This document shows positions 18,913 to 28,300 of a DNA stretch of 64,000 nucleotides, one piece after another; position 1 is the stretch's first letter; each line of letters begins with the position of its first letter. The position numbers and the translations under genes are program-made. This DNA comes from Candidatus Obscuribacterales bacterium (GTDB taxonomy: Bacteria; Cyanobacteriota; Vampirovibrionia; Obscuribacterales; Obscuribacteraceae): the NCBI GenBank assembly GCA_965228855.1, contig CBDDIJ010000003.1, forward strand, positions 2,176,001 through 2,240,000. Reading direction: 5' to 3'. The notes beneath the pieces are model-generated. The model was not told where the DNA came from. It ran no database searches and saw only the letters and a list, made by a program, of their open reading frames with translations.

Positions 18913-21012
18913 TTAATCAGAAAAGCCGACTGAGTTAGCACTCGTTTGCATAGCAGACTTCATTCGGCGGTGGGCCGATTTGATCATGTCCTCGAGCTTC
19001 GAGCCGTCTCGCTCACAATCGGCAACGCCCGCACTGAATGTGGTACTGAAACTAAAAGCGGAACCAGGAAACTCAAAGCGTCGAAAATCTTCCTGCAAAA
19101 GCTGAATAGTACATGCCGCCATATCACGATCGCAATTTGCCAGAATTAAAACATATCCGCCGTCGCTCCAGCGACCACGCAAATCTTCCGAGCGGTAGCG
19201 CTGCTGAATCAGTTCGCCAAAGCGCTTAGAAGCCTGGCGGGCGGAAAACTGACCTTGCACCAGGCTAAGATGATCGTATTCATCCATTTGAAGAAGCGCC
19301 AACGACATCGGCGAACCAATCTCCAGATGGTCCTCCAGTAACAGCTTGGCCTGTGCCATGATTATGTCTCCGTTCATCACGCCGGTCTCAGGGTCGCGCG
19401 TACGGGATTGTCGCTTGAGGCTAGATTCGTTGAGCTGATTCATGACTCGGTTGATCAACTCCGGCGCGAGGACGGGCTTAGTCACAAAGTCATTTGCGCC
19501 AACAGAGAACGCCGCACTTCTTGATTCCGGGCTCGTCTTCGATGTGAGGAAAACCACCGGTAGCTCCTTCAACTCAGGCTGCTCACGAATCATGCGACAA
19601 ACCTCAAAACCGGTCAGTCCGGGCATCATCACATCGAGTAAAACAACATCCGGTCTGAATTCAGAAATCTTTTCCAGAGCCAGACTCGGATTCGTACAAG
19701 TTTTCGTATCGATTCTCTCACCTTCAAGAACACTGCTGACAAACCGACAGAGCACTTCGTCATCGTCGATAGCAAGAACTCGGGGACGAACAGCGTGAGT
19801 CATCATCAATAGCGCATCTATGCCCTCATGCAATCCCTCCGCTTGCACCGGATGCGGTATCACCACCGACGCGCCGACATAAATGCGCTCGACCTCTGTT
19901 AGTTCGAAATCTTCAGGAATAAACACACCCAGAGGTAACGCTCGATTGCCCGGCATAAGCCGTATGTCAGCTGCTCGCTGAAAACTCATCTCTTTATTGC
20001 TGGTCACTTCCAACAACATCGCATCGACCTTCTGCTTTGCTAAACTTTCCGCAACTCCCTTCGGAGAATCCGCCAGGTCAATCCGCGCGAGTGTCTTAAC
20101 TTCAGAGTTTTGGCATGCGTTCGCCACATCCGGAGCATTGGAAACTATCAGCACGGTGGACTTAGATTCAGGTTCCTGAATTTCCGTATTTTGATGCGCG
20201 GTTGTACTGATCTCTTCATGACCGCGAGCAATCAACCGGATTACTTCTGACCAGTATATTTCCTGATCGGTATCCTCTCGCCCATCCAGATTCTGCATCA
20301 GATCTTCAAGTCGTCCAGCAATCTCACTCACACCCATCAAGCCGAGAGAACCAGCAGTTCCTCGAATTCTATGGGCGATATGCGTTGCCTCAACCAGCAC
20401 ATCGAGACGACTTTTATCATTATTATGAATATCCACTAGTTCAGTCAGCGTGCGCCAACTGGCCTCCAGGTCCTTCAAATAATCTAGTCTGGCAATCTCA
20501 ATGGCTCGCTGAAGATCCATCTTCTTCTTAATTACTGCCAGTTCTTGCACCATCTCTTGAGTGGTGGTGTCGGTCGCATAATATTGATAGGCGTTGCCGT
20601 CTCCGAGGCTGACCTGCATGTAGGTCTTCTCATAACCTGGCAACAATGACTCAACCTGCTCGATGAAAGATCCGGGAATGATCGGCTTGCGCACGATTAA
20701 ACTTACGCGCAAAATGTTTCGCAACTTGTTGAAAGTAAGTGAGTCGCATGGGATTGCAGAACAGAACACGACTGGCGTGTTACGCCCCGAATCTCTGAGT
20801 TTCTCGATCCAGGTGATACCGTCCATTTTCGGCAGCCTGTAATCGACTATGATCAGGCAAGGCTCTTCCCTTGAGAATACCTGCATGCCAGCATCCGGTG
20901 TGCTGGCCTCGATAACACCATAGCCTCTGGATTCCAAAATCTGCTTGACGAGTTCCCTGAAGCCCGCGTCGTCATCGAGAATCAGTACGTTTCCGCTCGT
21001 GGTTTTTGGCAT
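18913..21012 (-). CDS. Multi-domain response regulator: REC-Hpt-pseudoREC-REC-degenerate GGDEF
   Basis: ILDDD..VDYRLPKMDG..KP; AHRIRGTAGSLG (Hpt His); AIDDD..LDVMMPGLTG..TKP; GGDEF-fold tail (DPETGV, TFSAGVA) with SDGGY at the active-site position. Confidence 0.9.
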   Translation of the reverse strand: MPKTTSGNVLILDDDAGFRELVKQILESRGYGVIEASTPDAGMQVFSREEPCLIIVDYRLPKMDGITWIEKLRDSGRNTPVVFCSAIPCDSLTFNKLRNILRVSLIVRKPIIPGSFIEQVESLLPGYEKTYMQVSLGDGNAYQYYATDTTTQEMVQELAVIKKKMDLQRAIEIARLDYLKDLEASWRTLTELVDIHNNDKSRLDVLVEATHIAHRIRGTAGSLGLMGVSEIAGRLEDLMQNLDGREDTDQEIYWSEVIRLIARGHEEISTTAHQNTEIQEPESKSTVLIVSNAPDVANACQNSEVKTLARIDLADSPKGVAESLAKQKVDAMLLEVTSNKEMSFQRAADIRLMPGNRALPLGVFIPEDFELTEVERIYVGASVVIPHPVQAEGLHEGIDALLMMTHAVRPRVLAIDDDEVLCRFVSSVLEGERIDTKTCTNPSLALEKISEFRPDVVLLDVMMPGLTGFEVCRMIREQPELKELPVVFLTSKTSPESRSAAFSVGANDFVTKPVLAPELINRVMNQLNESSLKRQSRTRDPETGVMNGDIIMAQAKLLLEDHLEIGSPMSLALLQMDEYDHLSLVQGQFSARQASKRFGELIQQRYRSEDLRGRWSDGGYVLILANCDRDMAACTIQLLQEDFRRFEFPGSAFSFSTTFSAGVADCERDGSKLEDMIKSAHRRMKSAMQTSANSVGFSD

Positions 21013-21187
21013 AAATCACTCTCAGCACTTTTTTTTCGGACTAAATATTTTACAGCATGAGAAAGCGCCATTGCCTGCGTGATTAGCTACTCGGCAACCT
21101 GTAGAATAAAAAATTACGAAACCCAAGAGAAGAACATCGACGTAAAAACGTCTTTCACTTTTTGCTCAACTTAGAGTGCTAGAAAAT

Positions 21188-23941
21188 CTATTTGTCGCGT
21201 TCAGCTACGGTTATGTTCGCCTGCGCAGCAGCCAGTCGTGCAACAGGCACACGGAACGGCGAACAGCTCACATAATTTAAACCAAGTTGATGCGCGAATG
21301 CAATCGAACTCGGCTCGCCGCCATGCTCTCCGCAGATTCCTAGCTTCAGGTCCGGTCTGGTTTGCAATCCATATTCAACGGCAATTTTCATCAATTTTCC
21401 AACACCATTGACGTCAAGCACTTCAAACGGATTCGACGTCAGGATCTGTTCCTTGTCTGCACCACGAGCGATACCATCGAGATATTTATGCAAGAATTTT
21501 CCTTCCGCATCATCACGACTGTATCCAAAAGTCATCTGCGTTAAATCATTGGTTCCGAAACTGAAAAACTCTGCATACTCAGCAATTTCATTGGCAGTCA
21601 CGCATGCACGAGGAATCTCTATCATCGTGCCAAATTTATATTCAACATTGACGCCCGCTTTATTCATAACAGCCTTGGCTACACTTTCAAGCTGCTCACG
21701 AACAACCTTGAGCTCGTTTGCATGTCCGATGAGCGGAATCATAATTTCCGGATAGACTTTGATACCATCGTTCTGAACTTTGATCGCGGCTTCGAAGATG
21801 GCACGCACCTGCATCTCGTTGATCTCCGGATACATGAGCCCGAGGCGGCACCCACGCAGTCCCATCATCGGATTCGACTCGTGCAAATCATTGACCGTTT
21901 TCAGAACAGCTTCCTTTCTGCGAAGTTCGATGCCGGTTTCACCCTTCGCCTTCATGGTCGCAATCTCTTCGATCAGTCCTTCCGGTTTCGGCAGAAATTC
22001 ATGGAGCGGAGGATCTAGCAGACGAATCGTGACCGGCAATCCGTCCATGGCCTCGAAGATACCGATGAAGTCTTCTCGTTGCATCGGAAGCAGTTTATCC
22101 AGAGCTTCTTTTCGGTCATCGACGCCGCCGGCCATGATCATTTGTTGAACGATTGGCAGACGCTCCTGACTCATGAACATATGCTCCGTCCGGCACAAAC
22201 CAATGCCCTCCGCGCCAAATTCCCGAGCCAGGCGAGCGTCCTGGGGCGTATCTGCATTTGTTCGAATTTTCAGTCGACGAGTCTCATCGGACCACTGAAG
22301 CAGGACTTTGAACTCTTCGGAGAAATCGGGATCTTGAGTTTTGATCTCACCAGTAAAGATTTCACCGGTCGATCCGTCGATTGAGATGGTGTCGAACTTC
22401 TTGATTGTGTGAGAACCGGCGATAAACAGTTCCTTACCCAAGTCTATTCTCAGGGCTTCACAGCCGGCAACGCACGGTTTACCCATCCCTCGGGCCACGA
22501 CGGCAGCGTGGCTGGTCATGCCACCACGACTGGTGATTACCCCCTGGGCAGGAACTATTCCATGGATATCGTCCGGGCATGTTTCAATCCGCACGAGAAT
22601 GACTTTCTGCCCCTTGCCGGAAAGACTCTCCGCTTCCGACGGGTCAAACGTCACTTTCCCGATAGCCGCACCGGGAGAGGCGTTTAATCCGGTCGCAATC
22701 AGCCGACCTTCCTTCTTGGCCTTTTCCTTGTCTTCGGTTTCAAAACTAGGCAGCAACAGTTGATTCAGAGCAGTTGGCTCTATTCTCGCTAGTGCCTCGT
22801 CTTTACTCAAAATTCCTTCTCTGCACAAATCGACAGCTACTTTTACAGCAGCCGCAGCGGTTCGTTTGCCGGTTCGAGTTTGCAAAAGGAACAATTTGCC
22901 TTTCTCAATCGTGAACTCGATATCTTGCATATCCCGGTAGTGTTTTTCCAAACTGTTCACAGTGCCGAGCAGTTCGTTGAACACATCCGGCATTTCCTTT
23001 TCCATCTCGGAAATTTTCTTCGGGGTTCTTACTCCGGCGACTACGTCCTCGCCCTGCGCATTTACAAGATACTCACCGTAGAGGACCTTCTCTCCAGTGC
23101 TGGGATTTCGCGTAAAGCAAACTCCGGTTCCCGATCGATCATCGAAATTTCCAAACACCATGGATTGGATATTCACAGCAGTCCCAAGATTGTGATCGAT
23201 TTTGTTGAGCCGGCGATAGTAGACGGCGCGAGTATTGTTCCAAGATTTAAAAACCGCTTCGACAGCGCCTTGAAGCTGCTCCTTAACTTCTTGAGGAAAG
23301 GTCTTCTTCGTCTCAGACTCAACCAATTTCTTGTAATCTGCGATCAGATCTTTGAGCTGTTCGACTGAAAGATCGGAGTCGACTTTGACGTTAGCTTTCT
23401 TTTTTGCAGATTCGAGAATTTCTTCGAACTCGTCCTTGTCGATATCGAGCACTACGTTGCTGAACATTTGAATGAAACGGCGATAACTGTCCCACGCAAA
23501 ACGGGCATTTCCGGTTTGTTTTGCTATAGCCTCAACCGTTTTATCATTGAGACCTAGATTCAAAATCGTGTCCATCATACCCGGCATCGAAAACTTTGCA
23601 CCGGAGCGAACTGACAACAGAAGCGGTTTCTCAAGGTCGCCAAGTTTGCGGTCGAGCGATTTTTCGACGCTCTCGAGTTCTTTCATAACCTCGTCGAACA
23701 AGCCGCTCGGAAACTGACCGCTCTTACTGTACTCGCGGCAACAGGTCGTCAGAATTGTCAGACCCGGCGGCACATTGACACCACTCGAAGTCATTTCCGC
23801 AAGACCTGCGCCTTTGCCGCCGAGCAATTCGCGCATCTCATCGCGATTGCCATCGAAAATTTTGTACGCATCTTCGAAAAGAAAAACTCGGCGATTTCCG
23901 ATTTTGTCTTTGCCTTTACTAGTTTCGGTGGTGCTCAGCAT
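21188..23941 (-). CDS. ppdK: Pyruvate, phosphate dikinase
   Basis: LLGGKG, SVRSGA..SMPGMMDT, GGMTSHAA (regulatory Thr and catalytic His), GLCRTEHM, FSFGTNDLTQ, CGEHGG. Confidence 0.98.
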   Translation of the reverse strand: MLSTTETSKGKDKIGNRRVFLFEDAYKIFDGNRDEMRELLGGKGAGLAEMTSSGVNVPPGLTILTTCCREYSKSGQFPSGLFDEVMKELESVEKSLDRKLGDLEKPLLLSVRSGAKFSMPGMMDTILNLGLNDKTVEAIAKQTGNARFAWDSYRRFIQMFSNVVLDIDKDEFEEILESAKKKANVKVDSDLSVEQLKDLIADYKKLVESETKKTFPQEVKEQLQGAVEAVFKSWNNTRAVYYRRLNKIDHNLGTAVNIQSMVFGNFDDRSGTGVCFTRNPSTGEKVLYGEYLVNAQGEDVVAGVRTPKKISEMEKEMPDVFNELLGTVNSLEKHYRDMQDIEFTIEKGKLFLLQTRTGKRTAAAAVKVAVDLCREGILSKDEALARIEPTALNQLLLPSFETEDKEKAKKEGRLIATGLNASPGAAIGKVTFDPSEAESLSGKGQKVILVRIETCPDDIHGIVPAQGVITSRGGMTSHAAVVARGMGKPCVAGCEALRIDLGKELFIAGSHTIKKFDTISIDGSTGEIFTGEIKTQDPDFSEEFKVLLQWSDETRRLKIRTNADTPQDARLAREFGAEGIGLCRTEHMFMSQERLPIVQQMIMAGGVDDRKEALDKLLPMQREDFIGIFEAMDGLPVTIRLLDPPLHEFLPKPEGLIEEIATMKAKGETGIELRRKEAVLKTVNDLHESNPMMGLRGCRLGLMYPEINEMQVRAIFEAAIKVQNDGIKVYPEIMIPLIGHANELKVVREQLESVAKAVMNKAGVNVEYKFGTMIEIPRACVTANEIAEYAEFFSFGTNDLTQMTFGYSRDDAEGKFLHKYLDGIARGADKEQILTSNPFEVLDVNGVGKLMKIAVEYGLQTRPDLKLGICGEHGGEPSSIAFAHQLGLNYVSCSPFRVPVARLAAAQANITVAERDK

Positions 23942-23969
23942 TACTCATCTCCAGTCATAGCGTGTGGAT

Positions 23970-24851
23970 TCAGCGATCTTTCCTCATGTGAAGGTAGATC
24001 TCGCTTGAGGTTTCCTCAATAGCTTTAGCGGACACGTCCATGACGTGACAGCCAAGTTCTCTAAAAATTTTTTTGGCGTATTTAATTTCTTGCTGGATGC
24101 GTTCTTCGTCAGCGTAATCATTGTCGCCCGGCATGCCCAAGACATGCGCGCGCGTCGCTCGAATTTCTTGCAGCAAGAAAGAATCTAAGTGAAGACCTAT
24201 AATCTTTTTCGGACTGACTTGAAAAAGGCTCAGAGGAAGGTCAACGCCGTAGACGATTGGAACGTTCGCGGCCTTCAACCCATAATGATGGGCGAGATAC
24301 ATACAGTTCGGCGTCTTGCTCGTTCGTGAGACCCCAATCAAAATCACGTCCGCTTGCAACAAGCCATCAGGGTTTTTACCGTCATCAAATCGAATAGCGA
24401 AGTCTACCGCTTCGATTCGCTTGAAATAAGTTTCGTCAAGAAGGTGAAGTCGGCCGGGTTGCGACAATGGTGATTGACTGGTCAACGTCGAAATTCGATT
24501 GATCAGTGGTCCGAGGAGATCAACCGTAGGAACATCATGCCTGGCAGCTTCTGCCTCGATCGCTTCTCTGTACTCAGGCAGTACGAGCGTATAAACGATG
24601 AGCGCTTTGTCGGAGGCAATCTCTCGCACTAAGGTCTGAATCTGCTCGACATTCTTCACCTGCGGCAATCTGAAGATTGAAGCGCGACCAGGGGGGAACT
24701 GAACGAGCGCGGCTCTGGCAACCGAATCCGCTGTTTCACCACTCGAATCCGAAACCGTGAAGATGATCAAATCTCTGCCGTCATCGGGCAGCCGTGCCAG
24801 CAATTCGTCTTTACGAGCTTCGTTCACACTCAACCACCGATAGCTGTTCAA
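23970..24851 (-). CDS. ppsR: PPDK/PEP synthase regulatory kinase-pyrophosphorylase (DUF299)
   Basis: SDSSGET, YFKRIEAVDFA..FDDG, GVSRTSKTP, KAIEET; directly upstream of ppdK. Confidence 0.95.
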   Translation of the reverse strand: MNSYRWLSVNEARKDELLARLPDDGRDLIIFTVSDSSGETADSVARAALVQFPPGRASIFRLPQVKNVEQIQTLVREIASDKALIVYTLVLPEYREAIEAEAARHDVPTVDLLGPLINRISTLTSQSPLSQPGRLHLLDETYFKRIEAVDFAIRFDDGKNPDGLLQADVILIGVSRTSKTPNCMYLAHHYGLKAANVPIVYGVDLPLSLFQVSPKKIIGLHLDSFLLQEIRATRAHVLGMPGDNDYADEERIQQEIKYAKKIFRELGCHVMDVSAKAIEETSSEIYLHMRKDR

Positions 24852-25292
24852 AACGCGAACTTCATTTTCCCATCCTTATAAAGAGCGGGAGAAAATAGCT
24901 GCTTATTTTTAGTATTTCCTATCGGCAAACGGTTTTCAGGACCCGCTCGGGAGCAGGAGATTAGCCGCAGCTAATTCACAATCGCAATTATTTGTTAACA
25001 ATTCGAGCCGGGCCAAATTAGGCTTGAACAATCGAGTATATCTAAAAGGATCCTCTAAGCCTGTTAGCGAAGAAGCTCATCACAAGCCACTCTTCCAGGT
25101 CCTGAAACCATTTTGAAACCGAAATTCAGTACGGATTCGCTCGTACTATCGCTGTCCATCGGCATCAAACCGCTCCGTTCCAATTTACAAACCCTTGCTC
25201 TCTTAAACTGCACTCGCTAATAATCGATTATCTGCTTGGCGATGGTCTAGTCTCCATTTCCAAGTCCGCCGCTGCATTGGAATAGTTTTGAC

Positions 25293-25320
25293 ACCTGCCG
25301 GAAAGGCGGGTTTTCATCTT
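25293..25320 (+). terminator. Terminator-like hairpin in the glutamate synthase leader
   Basis: ACCTGCC-GGAAA-GGCGGGT 7 bp stem followed by TTTCATCTT, immediately before the CDS. Confidence 0.45.
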
Positions 25321-28300
25321 TGAATTGTTCCATAGCGTGCACGTTTCCTATGACTAAACGGATGGACTGCTGCTTGTTCAATCGTGACGAACAACTGAAT
25401 TTCGAAGAGCGCGACGCCTGCGGCGTCGGATTCATCTACCGCCCGGAAACTTCTCGAAGCACCATAGATGATGCCCTGAGCGCGCTGGCACAGATGGAAC
25501 ACCGCGGAGCTACGGGTGCAGATGGTGTCACCGGAGACGGTGCCGGAATTCTTACGACCATTCCAAAGGAGATTTTTCGACGCGAAGGCATTTCGATCGA
25601 TGCAAAAGACGCACTTGCTGTACTTTTTATTCCGGACAACTTAAGCAAGAGACGCAACAGCGACTTGATCGCGATGCACAGGGAGTATATCGAAAAGTTT
25701 CTCAAATCAAAAGGGTTTACCGCACGTATATGGCGCCCGGTGCCCGTGGTCAGAAACACACTTGGTCCCGTAGCCCTCAAGCATGCGCCTTTGATCGAAC
25801 ATCTGATCATTTCATGCGACCGCCACCTGATCGGAAGAGAACTGGATCGCGCCTATGCTGAGTTGCGCGTTTCTCTGAGTCAATTCATGCGATTTGAAAT
25901 TGGCGAACCGGACTTCTATGTTTCCTCCCTGTGCAGAAAGACGATCGTCTATAAGGCGATGACCACCAGCCAAGGACTTGTTGATTTTTACAGCGACTTG
26001 AGAGATCCACTGTTTCAATCTCAATGGGCATTGTTCCATCGTCGATTTAGCACCAACACCGTATCGCGTTGGCCGCTCGCCCAACCGTTTCGTCTACTGG
26101 CTCACAACGGTGAAATCAACACTCTAAAAGGAAATCTAAACTGGCTTCATGCAAGGCTAAGTCAGTCGGAACTGGACGTACAGGCGACCTGGGACGATAC
26201 TCGAAATGAGCTTACGCCCGGCAGCAAGGTTGACTACGCCGGTTCCGATTCCAGCGTTCTCGACTTTTGCGTGGAGGCATTGTTGAAGGAAGGCGACAGT
26301 ATAGAATCTGCGTTCATGAAGCTCATTCCCGAAGCGCATGAGCACCACTCGCATTTGAACGATCATCCCGAAATACAGCACTTCTACGAGTTCTTTGCAC
26401 CACACCAGGAACCATGGGACGGTCCCGCTCTTGTTGCATTTTGCGATGCCACCACAATTGGTGCAATTCTGGACCGAAACGGTCTACGACCGGCTCGTTA
26501 TTCCTTATATTCCGATGGAACCGTATTTCTCGCCTCTGAAGCAGGTCTAAAAATCAGCGCTGACGCAGACGTTGTTAAGCGAGGGCGGCTTGGACCTGGT
26601 CAGATGATCTCGGTAGACATCAAAACCGGCAAAGTAAATCATGATGTCGAAGTAAAAACGGAAGTTGCCAGTGAGCAGCCCTTTGGTCAGTGGCTTTTGA
26701 AGGAACGTCGCGCACTCAAGAGTGGGGCTTTCAGCAAAGAATGGAGCTACAGTCCGGAAGAACTTTCGTCGCGGCAGGTTGCGGCGGCATACACGCTGGA
26801 AGACGTTGAAAGCATCATCACCTTCATGGCGATGAACGACAGTGAGCCTGTTCTTTCCATGGGAGATGACACACCGCTGGCGGTGCTTTCTTCAAGACCG
26901 AAAAAGATGGCCGACTTTTTCAGACAGCGCTTCGCGCAGGTAACAAATCCTCCCATTGACCCAATCAGAGAACGTCTGGTGATGTCACTGACGACCTACC
27001 TGGGGAAACGAGCATTAAGCCTAAATCCGCACCCGGCACTTGCACGGATGATACTTTTGCCCAGCCCGATTATCAACGATGACGAGCTGAGCTTTATAGA
27101 GGGCCTGGCGCACGAATTCAAGACAGCAAGGATATCCACTCTTTTCCACGAGAGCAAGTCTCTTGACGTAGCTATCAAACAACTTTGCAACAACGTGGCC
27201 GAATTGGTCAGGAATGACGCAGTCAATATTATTCTGAGTGACCGCGAGATAAATTCCTCTCACCTGGCAATACCTATGCTCGCGGCTGTAGGAGCCGTGC
27301 ACCATCACCTTATCCGCACGGGCTTGCGACTCAAGTGCTCGTTAGTGGTGGAAACAGCCCAGTGCTGGACGAGTCATCAAACTGCCGCACTGATCGCATA
27401 TGGTGCCCAGGCGATCTCACCATACCTTGCATTCGAGACGATCCGGCACTGGTATTGGAGCGACAAAGTTAAAGCGCTGGTCAATGACGGGACAAATGAG
27501 CAATATAGAGGCTTAACAGTTTATCAATGTCAGTCTAATTTCCGAGCTGTCCTCGAGTCTGGTTTGCTCAAAATCATCTCGAAGATGGGCGTGTCAAAAC
27601 TAACCAGTTATGTCGGTGCGCAGATTTTTGAATGTCTGGGTTTAAGTCGAGAGGTGGTTGATCTGTGCTTTACCGGCACCAACAGCCCGATTGGCGGTAT
27701 GACGTTTCAAGATCTGGAACGCGAGATTCGTGCTCATCACACGAAAGGATTTTCGCCGCAACCTGCGCTCATTGATGAAGGTGTGTTTAAAAACAAGCGC
27801 GCCGGCGAATATCACCGCAACAATAATGACCTGGTAAAAGCGCTTCACACCGCAGTGGCGTTGCGAAACTCCGATGCCGACGATGGCGTTAGAGGCGCAC
27901 AGTATAAGGAATACAGCGAACTCGTTTCTCAACAGCCACCGTCGACGTTGAGGGAACTAGTAGAAATCAGGTCTGATAGAGAACCTGTCGATCTGTCTGA
28001 GGTCGAATCGGTCGAGTCAATCGTGCAAAAGTTTTGCACAGGCGGAATGTCACTGGGAGCGCTTTCCAAAGAGTCACACGAGACGCTTGCCATTGCGATG
28101 AATCGCTTGAACGCTCGATCGAATTCCGGCGAAGGTGGAGAAGATCCAGTTCGCTACAAAAAGATCAATGTCAGCGCTGATGGAACCAGCCCGGATTTCC
28201 CAGGTCTGACCGGACTTCGCGAAGGTGATTCCGCCGCGTCGAAGGTTCGGCAAGTTGCGTCCGCCCGCTTTGGTGTAACGCCGGAGTATCTTGCCACAGC

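Noticed and set aside
25128..25147. NtcA box upstream of glutamate synthase
   Set aside because: GTA and TAC are 12 nt apart, not 8
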